From: Chrysemys picta bellii
Taxonomy: Eukaryota
Reading direction: 5' to 3'
DNA: 64,000 bases
NCBI RefSeq assembly: GCF_011386835.1
Contig: NC_088794.1
Span: 2,976,001-3,040,000 of the forward strand
Below, one piece after another: positions 45,380 through 57,348 of this stretch. A program made the position numbers and the translations under genes. The notes under the pieces are model-generated. The model saw only the letters and a list, made by a program, of their open reading frames with translations, ran no database searches and had not been told where the DNA came from. The number at the start of each line of letters is the position of its first letter. Positions within the stretch are counted from its first letter, which is position 1.

Positions 45380-48300
45380 CTCTGAGCCCAGGACTCCTGG
45401 GTTCTCTCCCCGGCTCTGGGAGGGGAGTGGGGTCTGGTGGTTAGAGGGGGAGAGGCTGGGAACCAAGACTCCTGGGTTCTGGCTCTGGGAGGGGAGTGGG
45501 GTCTGATGGTTAGAGCAGGGTGGGTGGGAGCCAGGACCCCTGGGTTCTGGCTCTGGGAGGGGAGGGGGGGTCTGGTGGTTAGAGGGGGGGAGGCTGGGAG
45601 CCAGGACTCCTGGGTTCTCTCCCCGGCTCTGGGAGGGGAGTGGGGTCTGGTGGTTAGAGCAGTGTGGGTGGGAGCCAGGACCCCTGGGTTCTTTCCCCAG
45701 CTCTAGGAGGGGAGTGGGGTCTGGTGGTTAGAGCAGGGGGGGCTGGGAACCAGGACTCCTGGGTTCTCTCCCTGGAGATCTCTGTGCGTCAGTTCCCATC
45801 CAGGGGTTGACCTGGGGGCATAGATGAAGGGCAGGGGGGTAGCGTTACACCCTGCAGGGGGGCATTGGGAGGTGAGGGCCGTAACCCCCAAAGTCCCCGC
45901 TCCCCAGAGATCCCCTCCTGCGTGGGCGCCCCTGGAGGAGGAGGAGGGCAGGGCTGGGCAGAGGGCTGTCAGCTGTGGAAGGAGGATCCCCGGCCTGCCA
46001 ACCTCCCACCAGCCAGAGACTGGCCAATTTCCCCTCCTCCCCACACGGCTGCCAGGCCCCCCAGAGGGGACAGGCCCCAGCCCCCTGAGACAGCCAGCCC
46101 CTGCCTTGGGGCCCGACGGGACCAGACAATACAGGCTCTGCAGAGGGTGTAGCCGAGGGCCAAGGCACCATGTGCGGAGCGAAAGAAACAGGCTAAGCAG
46201 GGCTGGGTGGGGTCACGACTTGGCAGGCAGATGGGGTAACACACAGTGCTGTGGGGCTGGGAAGGGGGCGCCGTGCTGCAGGGAGCAGGGGAGGGGTCCC
46301 CCCCCGCTCTCTGTGTGAGTGGCAGCTCCGGCCTGCCGAGTATCCCGAGGGAGTGGGGGCTGCCAGCCCCTGGCGGCGTTTGGGGAGTCCCCACAAATCG
46401 ATTTGTCAGGCAGCCCAGGCAACGGAAACTCAGACCCCATCCGCCCCGGGGAGAGGGCAGCCCAGGATCCAGGAGATGCCACATTTTATAACCCAGAACC
46501 AATGTCTGGAAACGGTGCCCAGTTTGGGGAATCTCTGCTTGGCACAGACCAGAGCTGGCTGCTCTAACCCATTAACTGGGGAGAGAACCCAGGAGTCCTG
46601 CCTCCCAGCCCCCCTGCTTTAACCACGAGCCCCCACTCCCCTCCCAGAGCTGGGGAGAGAACCCAGGAGTCCTGCCTCCCAGACCCCCCCTGCTTTAACC
46701 ACAAGCCCCCACTCTCCTCCCAGAGCCAGGGAGAGAACCCAGGAGTTCTGGCTCCCAGCCCCCCCTGCTCTAACCACTAGACCCCACTCCCCTCCCAGAG
46801 CCAGGGAGAGAACCCAGGAGTCCTGGCTCCCAGCCCCCCCCTGCTCTAACCCACTTGACCCCACTCCCCTCCCTTCCCAGATCTGGGGATAGAACCCAGG
46901 AGTCCTGCCTCCCAGCCCCCCCCTGCTTTAACCACGAGCCTCCCCTCCCAGAGCCAGGGAGAGAACCCAGGAGTTCTGGCTCCCAGCCCCCCCCCTGTTC
47001 TAACCACTAGACCCCACTCCCCTCCCAGAGCCAGGGAGAGAACCCAGGAGTTCTGGCTCCCAGCCCCCCCTGCTCTAACCACTAGACCCCACTCCCCTCC
47101 CAGAGCCAGGGAGAGAACCCAGGAGTCCTGGCTCCCAGCCCCCCTTGCTCTAACCACTAGACCCCACTCCCCTCCCAGAGCCAGGGAGAGAACCCAGGAG
47201 TCCTGGCTCCCAGCCCCCCCTGCTCTAACCCACTTGACCCCACTCCCCTCCCTTCCCAGAGCTGGGGATAGAACCCAGGAGTCCTGGCTCTCAGCCCCCC
47301 CCTGCTCTAACCACTAGACCCCACTTCCCTCCCAGAGCCAGGGAAGGAACCCAGGAGTCCTGGCTCCCCCTTCCTCTTTTTCCCTCCCCTTCAGGGTGAA
47401 CCCCATTTCTTACCACTGCCCTGCTCCCTGATGGGAGTTAAGGCTGCAGACAGCTGCCTGGACCAGCTGCCAGGCGCCAGGAAACCTATCGCCTCCTGCG
47501 GCAGGCTCCGCGCCCGCCCCACAAAGCCCCTTGTGAGGGATCCGAGCCCCCCATGGCGCCGCCCCCCCAACCACCTGTCCATCATAACGCCGGCTATTTT
47601 CATGCATGACAACAGGTGGGACGGGTCCCCAGAGCCCTGTGTCTGCTGCGGAGGCGCTGAAACGGGGAGGTGTGTGGGGGGGGTCTGGTTACAGGACTAG
47701 GGGGGCTGATCCTGCCCCAGAGGGGAGGAGGAATGGGCTAGATGGGCCCCAGTGGGGCATCTCCATCTTTGCTGGGGAATAGATTGTTGATAGAACCCAG
47801 GAGTCCTGGCTCCCAGCCCCCCACCTCTCCCTGTTCAAACTCCCTAGACCCTACTCCCCTCCCAGAGCAGAGGACAGGATTCCCAGCTCTGGGAGGGGTG
47901 GGAGGCTGGGGGGTCAGAGCGGGGGGACTGGGAGCCAGGACTCCTGGGTTCTCTTCCCGGCTCTGGGAGGGCAGTGGGGTCTGGTGGGTCAGAGCAGGAG
48001 GGGCTGGGAGCCAGGATTCCTGGGTTCTCTCCCCAGCTCTGGGAGGGCAGTGGGGTCTGGTGGGTTAGAGCAGGGGGGGCTGGGAGCCAGGACTCCTGGG
48101 TTCTCTCCCGGCTCTGGGAGGGCAGTGGGGTCTGGTGGGTTAGAGCAGGAGGGGCTGGGAGCCAGGATTCCTGGGTTCTCTCCCCGGCTCTGGGAGGGCA
48201 GTGGGGTCTTCTTCACCTTGTGCTCTAAGGGCTGTCATGGCCCCCACATCCTGTTTCCTGTGCTGTTGACGTGGTGTGTGGCAGGGCTGCCCGCCCCCAC

Positions 48301-48670
48301 GCCCTCCCAGACCAGCATCTCTCGGGAAGGGAGGCACTCCAGCTGTTCCAGCAGCAGCTGTCGCAGCCCTTCCAGATGTGGCAGGCCATGAAATGGGCCT
48401 GGATCCCTCCCCGCCCTGCCACAGCTCTGCTGTCAGACACCTGCCCTGCTCTAGCCACCAGACCCCACTCCCCTCCCTGAGCCAGAGATGGAACCCAGGA
48501 GTCCTGACTCCCCCTGCTCTAGCCACCAGACCCCACTCCCCTCCCTGAGCCAGAGATGGAACCCAGGAGTCCTGGCTCCCCCCTGCTCAAACCAGTAGAT
48601 CCCACTCCCCCCCAGAGCTGGGGAGAGAACCCAGGAGTCCTGGCTCCCAGCCCCCTCTGCTCTAACCATT
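45380..48670. repeat. Several ~76-bp satellite arrays in KREMEN2 intron 1 (45380-45780, 46560-47370, 47790-48200, 48440-48670)
   Basis: Visible tandem units in both orientations. Confidence 0.85.
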
Positions 48671-49181
48671 ACCTGGTAATCACCTGCTGTTCATATGCTG
48701 ATCTACCTGTTCGCTATCAGGACAGGATCATCCAGACTGTCTGTTCTCCCAGCGGAGATGGAGCCAACCCATCGGGGCCTATCTCACCCGGGGCTGGATC
48801 CTCCCTGACAAAGCGCTCTGTAATCCGGTCCCGGCACACCTAACTCCGCCACCGCCCCACAGCTAGATGCGTCTTCTGATTCATCTTGGGGCAAGCCGGA
48901 GCCCTGAGCCCTGGCTCTCTGCTGGGCAGCGTCGTCACGCCCAGTCGTTAATTATAACCCCCCTGGGAAGGTCTCCCCCCAACTTCTCGCGCCTTTGAAG
49001 GGCTCCGGCGCTGATGCCAGGTCCTCGGCTGGGTTTTCCAGAAGCGCCGTCCGGAGACGGGAGCATGTCTCCAGCTTGCCCGTCCCTCCACTCCCCAGAC
49101 CTCTGAGGTGTCCTCTCTGGGATGAACCTCTTCACCGATGGTCCATCCTTCCCTCCAACTTCTAACATCTTTCATCTCAGG

Positions 49182-49391
49182 GGGAGGGAGAGCTCAGTGG
49201 TTTGAGCATTACCCTGCTAAACCCAGGGTTGTGAGTTCAATCCTTGAGGGGGCCACTTAGGGATCTGGGGCAAAATCAGTACTTGGTTCTGCTAGTGAAG
49301 GCAGGGGGCTGGACTTGATGACCTTTCAAGGTCCCTTCCAGTTCTAGGAGATGGGATATCTCCATTAATTTAATTTAATTTTTAATTTAAT
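49182..49391 (+). mobile_element. Tortoise-type tRNA-derived SINE with CR1 tail and AT-rich 3' end
   Basis: agctcagtggtttgagc...gtgagttcaatcc...ggtcccttccagttcta...(ttaat)n; possible TSD tcttcatctc. Confidence 0.88.
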
Positions 49392-49758
49392 CTTCATCTC
49401 CTGCTCCATCCCCCCATCTTCCCCATCGTCCATTCTCCATGCAAACCCTCATCTTCCATTGATTTCAAACGTCTTAAAGCCAGAAGGCACCATCTCATCT
49501 GACCTCCCAGATAACCCAGGCAGGAGACGTTCGCCCAGTGACCCCCTGTATTGAACCTAATAACGTGTGTATTGACTAAAGTATCATCCACCAGGAAGAC
49601 CTCCAGTCTTGAGTGGAGTCTGGTGGGTCAGAGCAGGGGGGGCTGAGAGCCAGGACTCCTGGGTTCTCTCCCTAGCTCTGGGAGGAGTGTGGGTAGAGTG
49701 GGAGGGCTGGGAGTCAGGACTCCTGGGTTCGCTAACCCCTCTCTCTTTCCTCCCCCAG

Positions 49759-50025
49759 CGCCCTCCGAGTGCTTCACGGTGAACGGCGCCGATTACCGGG
49801 GGGCCCAGAACCACACATCCCCTGACGGCCGGGGCCAGCCCTGCCTCTACTGGAACCAGACCCAGAAGCACGCCTACAACACGGCCAAGTACCCCAACGG
49901 GGAGTGGGGCCTGGGCAGCCACAACGCCTGCCGGAACCCGGACGGGGATGTCCAGCCCTGGTGCTACGTCCTTGAAACCGAGGAGGGGATCTACTGGAAA
50001 TACTGTGACATCCCCAGCTGCCACA
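49759..50025 (+). CDS. KREMEN2: KREMEN2 kringle exon (267 nt)
   Basis: ECFTVNGADYRG...CLYWNQT...HNACRNPDGDVQPWCYV...IYWKYCDIPSCH; AG/GT, phase 1-1. Confidence 0.95.
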
Positions 50026-50144
50026 GTGAGCGGCGGGGGGGCGCCGGGCCCTGCCGTGGCAGGGAGGGAATGGCAGGGGTGCCGGGCTGCAGCGGGGGTG
50101 GGGGGGGGCTCGTTACACCCTAACCCCGTCTCTCCTTCCCTCAG

Positions 50145-50269
50145 TGCCTGGATATATCGGCTGCTTCCTGGACTCAGGCAACCCCCCGGCACTGAGCGGC
50201 AGCAGCGGCACCTCCAGCAAACTGACCATCCAAGTCTGCATCCGATACTGCCGGAAGCGAGGGTACAAG
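50145..50269 (+). CDS. KREMEN2: KREMEN2 WSC exon a (125 nt)
   Basis: MPGYIGCFLDSGNPPALSG...KLTIQVCIRYCRKRGYK; AG/GT. Confidence 0.95.
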
Positions 50270-50390
50270 GTAACCCCCCCTCCGGCCCTCCCCGAGCCAG
50301 CCAGGCCCCTGCCCCGGGGTCGGGTGGCAGCCGGCGCCCCCTAGAGGGGCGGTGGCCGGGCAGGTGGATGTAACCCTTTGTTCCCTGCAG

Positions 50391-50544
50391 TTCGCCGGCG
50401 TGGAGGCCGGATGCGCCTGCTTCTGTGGCAGCGAGGGGGACCTGCGGTGGGCCCAGCCCGTGGGGGCCGTGGAATGCGACCAGGTCTGCTTCGGCAAGGC
50501 CAGCGAGCTGTGCGGGGGGGACGGCCGCATCGGGGTCTACGACG
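50391..50544 (+). CDS. KREMEN2: KREMEN2 WSC exon b (154 nt)
   Basis: FAGVEAGCACFCG...ECDQVCFG...CGGDGRIGVYD; AG/GT. Confidence 0.95.
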
Positions 50545-50619
50545 GTGAGCGGGGTCTGGGGAGGAGGGAGAAGGGGGGGAATCTAGGGAAGATGGGGCTG
50601 TGCTGCAGGGAGCGGCATG

Positions 50620-50880
50620 GGATCAGCAGGGGGCGCTCTCCCCTGGCGGTCAGGGCTGGCCCCGATGCCCCAGTGCGGCGCTAGGGGGCGCTGTGCTGCA
50701 GGGAGTGGGGGATCAGCAGGGGGCGCTCTCCCCTGGCAGTCAGGGCTGGCCCCGATGCCCCAGTGCGGCGCTAGGGGGCACTGTGCTGCAGGGAGCGGGG
50801 GATCAGCAGGGGGCGCTCTCCCCTGGCGGTCAGGGCTGGCCCCAATGCCCCAGTGCGGCGCTAGGGGGCGCTGTGCTGAA
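50620..50880. repeat. 90-bp tandem repeat, 3 copies, two CTCF-like motifs per unit
   Basis: gatcagcagggggcgc recurs at 50621, 50711 and 50801. Confidence 0.9.
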
Positions 50881-50971
50881 GATCACCATCCTCCCAGATC
50901 ATTAACCTTTTCTGCACCTCAGCCCGGTTGGCCTCCCCTCCACGGCTCACCCCTGCTCTCCCCCCCTCCAG

Positions 50972-51304
50972 TGTCTGTGGGGGCCTGCCAGGGGAACTTC
51001 AGTGCCCCCTCCGGGGTCATCTACTCCCCGGATTTCCCAGACGACTACGGCCCCGACAGTAATTGTTCCTGGGTCCTGCGCCCGCCGGGCTCCAGCGCCG
51101 TGGAGCTCCGCTTCCAGATCTTCGAGATCCGGGACCCCAACGACCGGCTGGAGCTGCGGGATGGGCGCAGCCACCGACTCCTGGCTCAGTTTGACGGGCA
51201 TCACCGCCCCGGCCCCGCCCTCCTCCTCCCCACCGACGTCCTCTTCCTCAGCTTCCGCTCCGACCAGCTCCTGCACGCCCAGGGGTTCGCCGTGGCCTAC
51301 CGGG
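50972..51304 (+). CDS. KREMEN2: KREMEN2 CUB exon (333 nt)
   Basis: SVGACQGNFSAPSGVIYSPDFPDDYGPDSNCSW...FRSD...QGFAVAYR; AG/GT. Confidence 0.95.
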
Positions 51305-51629
51305 GTGAGTGGGAGCTGTTCCTACGGGGACCCCTCGCCCGGCGCTGAGATGCGGCCCCTCTGGGGTGGGGCGGCTGGGTTCATAAGCTGTAGCCACCTC
51401 AGGCTCTTGGATTGGGGGGCGGGGGAGAGCTGCCTTTGAACTCGGATCCTCAGCCCAGGTGCTGTTAATGATGCCCTGGGGGCTGGAGCCGGGGTCTGTA
51501 ATTAGGCGCTTGAACACCTGCATGGGAAGGGGGGCTGGGGCGCGGATGTCACTGCTTGGCAGCAGATATGCGGGAAAATTCCCTCCAGGGAATCCCCTCC
51601 CGTCTAATCCCCCCGGAGAGCGCCAGGGC

Positions 51630-53670
51630 GGGGGGCTCCCTAGGGGGCGCTCTCTCCTGGCCGTAAGGGCTGGCCCCGGTGCCTCGGTGCGGTGCTAGGG
51701 GGCGCTGTGCGGCAGGGTGTGGGGCAGGGGGGCTCCGTAGGAGGCGCTCTCCCCTCGCAGGGACTGCTGGTCCCCGGGGGGCGCTAGGGGGCGCTGTGCG
51801 GCAGGGAGTGGGGCAGGGGGGCTCCGTAGGAAGCGCTCTCCCCTGGTGTCCCTACCTGCTGGTCCCCGGGGGGCGCTAGGGGGCGCTGTGGGGCAGGGGG
51901 GCTCCGTAGGAGACGCTCTCCCCTCGCAGGGACTGCTGGTCCCCGGGGTGGCACTAGGGGGCGCTGTGCGGCAGGGTGTGGGGCAGGGGGGCTCCGTAGG
52001 AGGCGCTCTCCCCTCGCAGGGACTGCTGGTCCCCAGGGCGGCGCTAGGGGGCGCTGTGCGGCAGGGAGTGGGGCAGGGGGGCTCCGTAGGAGGCGCTCTC
52101 CCCTCGCAGGGGCTGCTGGTCCCCAGTGCGGCGCTAGGGGCCGCTGTGCGGCAGGGAGTGGGGCAGGGGGGCTCCGTAGGAGGCGCTCTCCCCTCGCAGG
52201 GACTGCTGGTCCCCGGGGGGCGCTAGGGGGCGCTGTGCGGCAGGGAGTGGGGCAGGGGGGCTCCGTAGGAGGCGCTCTCCCCTGGTAGGGACTGCTGGTG
52301 CCCAGGGCGGTGCTAGGGGGCGCTGTGCGGCAGGGAGTGGGGCAGGGGGGCTCCGTAGGAGATGCTCTCCCCTCGCAGGGGCTGCTGGTCCCCGGGGCGG
52401 CGCTAGGGGGCGCTGTGCGGCAGGGAGTGGGGCAGGGGGGCTCCGTAGGAGGCGCTCTCCCCTCGCAGGGACTGCTGGACCCTGGGGGGCGCTAGGGGGC
52501 GCTGTGCGGCAGGGAGTGGGGCAGGGGGGCTCCGTAGGAGGAGCTCTCCCCTCGCAGGGACTGCTGGTCCCCGGGGGGCGCTAGGGGGCGCTGTGCGGCA
52601 GGGAGTGGGGCAGGGGGGCTCCGTAGGAGGCGCTCTCCCCTCGCAGGGACTGCTGGTCCCCGGGGGGCGCTAGGGGGCGCTGTGCGGCAGGGAGTGGGGC
52701 AGGGGGGCTCCGTAGGAGGCGCTCTCCCCTGGTAGGGACTGCTGGTCCCCAGGGCGGTGCTAGGGGGCGCTGTGCGGCAGGGAGTGGGGCAGGAGGGCTC
52801 CGTAGGAGATGCTCTCCCCTCGCAGGGGCTGCTGGTCCCCGGGGCGGCGCTAGGGGGCGCTGTGCGGCAGGGAGTGGGGCAGGGGGGCTCCGTAGGAGGC
52901 GCTCTCCCCTCACAGGGGCTGCTGGCCCCCGGGGCGGCGCTAGGGGGCGCTGTGCGGCAGGGAGTGGGGCAGGGGGGCTCCGTAGGAGGCGCTCTCCCCT
53001 CGCAGGGACTGCTGGCCCCAGGGCGGCGCTAGGGGGCGCTGTGCGGCAGGGAGTGGGGCAGGGGGGCTCCGTAGGAGGCGCTCTCCCCTCGCAGGGACTG
53101 CTGGTCCCCAGGGCGGCGCTAGGGGGCGCTGTGCGGCAGGGAGTGGGGCAGGGGGGCTCCGTAGGAGGCGCTCTCCCCTCGCAGGGACTGCTGGTCCCCA
53201 GGGCGGCGCTAGGGGGCGCTGTGCGGCAGGGTGTGGGGCAGGGGAGCTCCGTAGGAGGCGCTCTTCCCTCGCAGGGGCTGCTGGTCCCCAGGGCGGCGCT
53301 AGGGGGCGCTGTGCGGCAGGGTGTGGGGCAGGGGGGCTCCGTAGGAGGCGCTCTCCCCTCGCAGGGGCTGCTGGTCCCCAGGGCGGCGCTAGGGGGCGCT
53401 GTGCGGCAGGGTGTGGGGCAGGGGAGCTCCGTAGGAGGCGCTCTCCCCTCGCAGGGGCTGCTGGTCCCCAGGGCGGTGCTAGGGGGCGCTGTGCAGCAGG
53501 GAGTGGGGCAGGGGGGCTCCGTAGGAGGCGCTCTCCCCTCACAGGGGCTGCTGGTCCCCAGGGCGGTGCTAGGGGGCGCTGTGCGGCAGGGTGTGGGGCA
53601 GGGGGGCTCCGTAGGAGGCGCTCTCCCCTCACAGGGACTGCTGGCCCCCGGGGCGGCGCTAGGGGGCTCA
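51630..53670. repeat. 90-bp tandem repeat, about 22 copies
   Basis: gcgctagggggcgctgtgcggcaggg recurs every 90 bp (e.g. 53021, 53111, 53201). Confidence 0.95.
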
Positions 53671-53691
53671 CGGCTGACTCTCTCTGTCCAG

Positions 53692-53829
53692 GGGTGAAGG
53701 GCCCCGTGTTGGAGACCTCGGAGGGTGACTCCCAGACGTTGCCCAGTGACCTGCTGCATCCAGCCTTCACGGACCAAGTCAACTCCAGCTGGACCCGCAG
53801 CGCCGACGACATGGCCATCGGGGCAGGAG
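53692..53829 (+). CDS. KREMEN2: KREMEN2 stalk exon (138 nt)
   Basis: ctgactctctctgtccag acceptor, open frame, phase 1-1. Confidence 0.75.
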
Positions 53830-54184
53830 GTGGGGAATGGGACCCGGGTCTCTCCCCTCCAGGGGGCGCTGGCTCCCATCCCACCCCAGGGCTGGAGACT
53901 GACTGGCTCCGGGGGCAGGGAATGGGGCGGGGTCCTCTCCCCTCCAGGGGGCGCTGGCTCCGATCCGGACCCAGGGTCGGGGACTGGCTGGCTCTGGGGG
54001 CAGGGGAATGGGACACGGGGCCTCTCCCCTCCACTGACCCTTATTCCGGCCCTGCTGCACTTCCATACCCTGCCAAGGGTCTCCCCCACCAGCTAGCATT
54101 CAACTGCCCGTACTCACAAACACTGTGCTTTGTCAGCCATTTTTGTAGGTCCTACATAATCTCTACCTATTCCTTCTCTCCCAG

Positions 54185-54257
54185 GCTGGATGATGTACAC
54201 AGCTTCAGGGGCCTTCCTCCTCATGCTCCTCATCATCTCATACCACCTGCGGAAGAG
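54185..54257 (+). CDS. KREMEN2: KREMEN2 transmembrane exon (73 nt)
   Basis: GWMMYTASGAFLLMLLIISYHLRKR; AG/GT. Confidence 0.85.
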
Positions 54258-54279
54258 GTGAGATCCTGGGACGGGCATG

Positions 54280-55410
54280 GTGGGTCAGAGCAGGGGCGAC
54301 TGGGAGCCAGGACTCCTGGGTTCTCTCCTGGTTCTGGGAGGGGAGTGGGGTCTGGTGGGTTAGAGCAGGGGGGACTGGGAGCCCGGACTCCTGGGTTCTC
54401 TCCCAGCTCTGGGAGGGGAGTGGGGTCTGGTGGGTTAGAGCAGGGGGGACTGGGAGCCCGGACTCCTGGGTTCTCTCCCAGCTCTGGGAGGGGAGTGGGG
54501 GCTGGTGGGTGAGAGCAGGGGGGACTGGGAGCCAGGACTCCTGGGTTCTCTCCTGGTTCTGGGAGGGGAGTGGGGTCTGGTGGGTTAGAGCAGGGGGGAC
54601 TGGGAGCCCGGACTCCTGGGTTCTCTCCTGGTTCTGGGAGGGGAGTGGGGTCTGGTGGGTTAGAGCAGGGGGGACTGGGAGCCCGGACTCCTGGGTTCTC
54701 TCCCAGCTCTGGGAGGGGAGTGGGGGCTGGTGGGTGAGAGCAGGGGGGACTGGGAGCCAGGACTCCTGGGTTCTCTCCCAGCTCTGGGAGGGGAGTGGGG
54801 GCTGGTGGGTTAGAGCATGGGGGGCTGGGAGCCAGGACTCCTGGGTTCTCTCCCGGCTCTGGGAGGGGAATGGGGGCTGATGGGTTAGAGCAGGGGGGAC
54901 TGGGAGCCAGGACTCCTGGGTTCCCTCCCGGCTCTGGGAGGGGAGAGGGGTCTAGTGGGTTAGAGCAGGGGGGGCTGGGAGCCAGGACTCCTGGGTTCTC
55001 TCCCTGTCTCTGGGAGGGGAGTGGGGCTTGTGGGTAGAGTAGGGGGGCTGGGAGCCAGGACTCCTGGGTTCTCTCCTTGGCTCTGGGAGGGGAGTGGGGC
55101 TGGTGGGTAGAGTAGGGGGGCTGGGCACCAGGACTCCTGGGTTCTCTCCCCAGCTCTGGGAGGGGAGTGGGGTCTGGTGGGTCAGAGCAGAGGGGGCTGG
55201 GAGCCAGGACTCCTGGGTTCTCTCCCGGCTCTGGGAGGGGAGTGGGGTCTGGTGGGTCAGAGCGCGGGACTGGGCACCAGGACGCCTGGGTTCTCTCCCG
55301 GCTCTGGGAGGGGAGGGGGGCTGGTGGTTAGAGCAGGGGGGCTGGGCACCGGGACGCCTGGGTTCTCTCCCTGGCTCTGGGAGGGGAGGGGAGGGGAGTG
55401 GGGGCTAGTG
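54280..55410. repeat. ~76-bp satellite array, about 14 copies
   Basis: Visible tandem units. Confidence 0.92.
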
Positions 55411-55487
55411 CTTGCTGCACTGCTCCCTAGTGGCAGCCGCCAGCACTGCAGCACCCTGTCCCACCTGCGCCCGGTCTCTCTCCGCAG

Positions 55488-55758
55488 GACCTGCCTGTTT
55501 GTGCAGAAGAAGAGCGGGGGGCTGCCCGGCTCCTTCTCCTCCGCTGCGGGCCCCCGGTGCCGATGCCAGTGCCTGGGCGGGGAGGCCTGGGCTGTGGCCT
55601 ATCGGCACACGGGGGTGCTGATCTGCTCCCGCCACCCCCGTCCGCTCCCCGGCTCCGACGACGAGACTGTGTCCGACTGCACCTGCCTGTGTCACAGCTA
55701 CGAGAACCTGGCGCCCAGCAGCCAGTCCTCCCTCAAGTCGCTCCTGTCCCCCAGCTGA
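55488..55758 (+). CDS. KREMEN2: KREMEN2 last coding exon (cytoplasmic tail; total 474 aa)
   Basis: TCLFVQKK...WAVAYR...SSQSSLKSLLSPS* resembles the KREMEN2 C-terminus (SQSSLRSL). Exon lengths sum to 1425 nt. Candidate polyA signal ATTAAA at 56542. Confidence 0.88.
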
Positions 55759-56589
55759 GCTGGGTGGGCGGGCGGACCCCCGCAGGACTCCCCTCCAGAG
55801 CCGGGGGCAACCGCAGAACCACTGCTTCGGAGGAGAGCTGGGGGGACCCCGGAAACGAGCATTCGTGCCCCCAGTGTCTGCTGCCCCCTGCAGCCCCCAA
55901 CTCCACAGAGACCCCAGAACTGGGGGTTCATGCCCCTCCCACTGTCTGCTGCCCCCTGCTGTCCGTGAGCCCCACAGAGAGACCCCCCAGAAATGGGGAT
56001 CACAATTCCCAGCGTCTCATGCTGCCCTGGAGCTACGCAGCCCTACGAATGGACCCCGCCCCCCAAAATGGGGTGTCTGCTTCAGGGTCTGAAACAACCA
56101 CTGCCTCGCCATACCACCGGAGACGGCATCTTAGGTGGGGTGGGTGGCCCTGTCTAATGCTGTGCCCTGGGCCCCACAGATGTACCCCAAAATGGGGTTT
56201 GTGCCCTCCCAGTGCCTAACGCGACGGCCACCCCTTGACGATGATGCTGGTTTGAGCCCCTGAAAGAAGTGGCTCCAATCCAGCCCCAGGGCAGGGGACT
56301 GGCTGGGTCGGGGGGCACGGGGTGGGACACGGGGCCTTTCCCTCCAGCAGATGGCGAAGAGCAGCTCTGTGCCATGGGGCACCTATGGACACGTGGGGAG
56401 TAGGGGGCAGGGATCTGTGGATGGGGTGTAGCTCCCCTGCAGGGGGTGCTGTGTCCCATATGGGGTGCACGAATGCCCCCCCGGGGGACCCGCAGCAACA
56501 TGCCCTGAACCAGGAAGAAAGATGATATGAGAATGATCCAGATTAAATTATTTTACATATGGGAATGTCTCTTCATTAGCATCGCGGGG

Positions 56590-57150
56590 AGGGGGCTGGG
56601 AGCCAGGATGCCTGGGTTCTCTCCTGGCTCTAGGCAGGAGGTAGGCACGGGGCTGGGAGCCAGGACGCCTGGGTTCTCTCCTGGCTCTAGGCAGGAGGTA
56701 GGCACGGGGCTGGGAGCCAGGACGCCTGGGTTCTCTCCTGGCTCTAGGCAGGGGGTAGGCACGGGGCTGGGAGCCAGGGTGCCTGGGTTCTCTCCTGGCT
56801 CTAGGCAGGGGGTAGGCACGGGGCTGGGAGCCAGGACGCCTGGGTTCTCTCCTGGCTCTAGGCAGGGGGTAGGCACGGGGCTGGGAGCCAGGGTGCCTGG
56901 GTTCTCTCCTGGCTCTAGGCAGGGGGTAGGCACGGGGCTGGGAGCCAGGACGCCTGGGTTCTCTCCTGGCTCTAGGCAGGGGGTAGGCACGGGGCTGGGA
57001 GCCAGGACGCCTGGGTTCTCTCCTGGCTCTAGGAGAGGGGTGGGCGTGAGGCTGGGAGCCAGGACGCCTGGGTTCTCGCCTGGCTCTAGGAGGGGGGTGG
57101 GGTTGGCTGGTTGGGCGAGGGCGGCGGGCTGGGAGCCAGAACTCCTGGGT
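56590..57150. repeat. ~60-bp variant of the satellite (ggggctgggagccaggacgcctgggttctctcctggctctaggcagggggtaggcac)
   Basis: About 9 visible units. Confidence 0.9.
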
Positions 57151-57348
57151 CCCGACCCTGATGGCATGTTGAGGGAGGTTTAGGCTGGGCACAATTCAGT
57201 GTGGGCTGAGTCGGGTCCAGGAGGTCTTATGCTAATGAACTGCTTTGCGTGACTATTTTATGCTAATGAGGTGAGCAGAGGCAGTTGGCTGTATAATCTG
57301 TTCTTCCGCTGGGAGGGGCATTTATGATGCTATTGAGCCAGTTGTTAC

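Noticed and set aside
48743-48843. Possible extra KREMEN2 exon after ttctcccag
   Set aside because: In-frame stop, no good donor, and the 8-exon model is already complete.
52581-54089. 502-aa and 364-aa repetitive ORFs
   Set aside because: The 90-bp unit is a multiple of 3 and lacks stops; it is intronic in KREMEN2 with no splice or promoter support.
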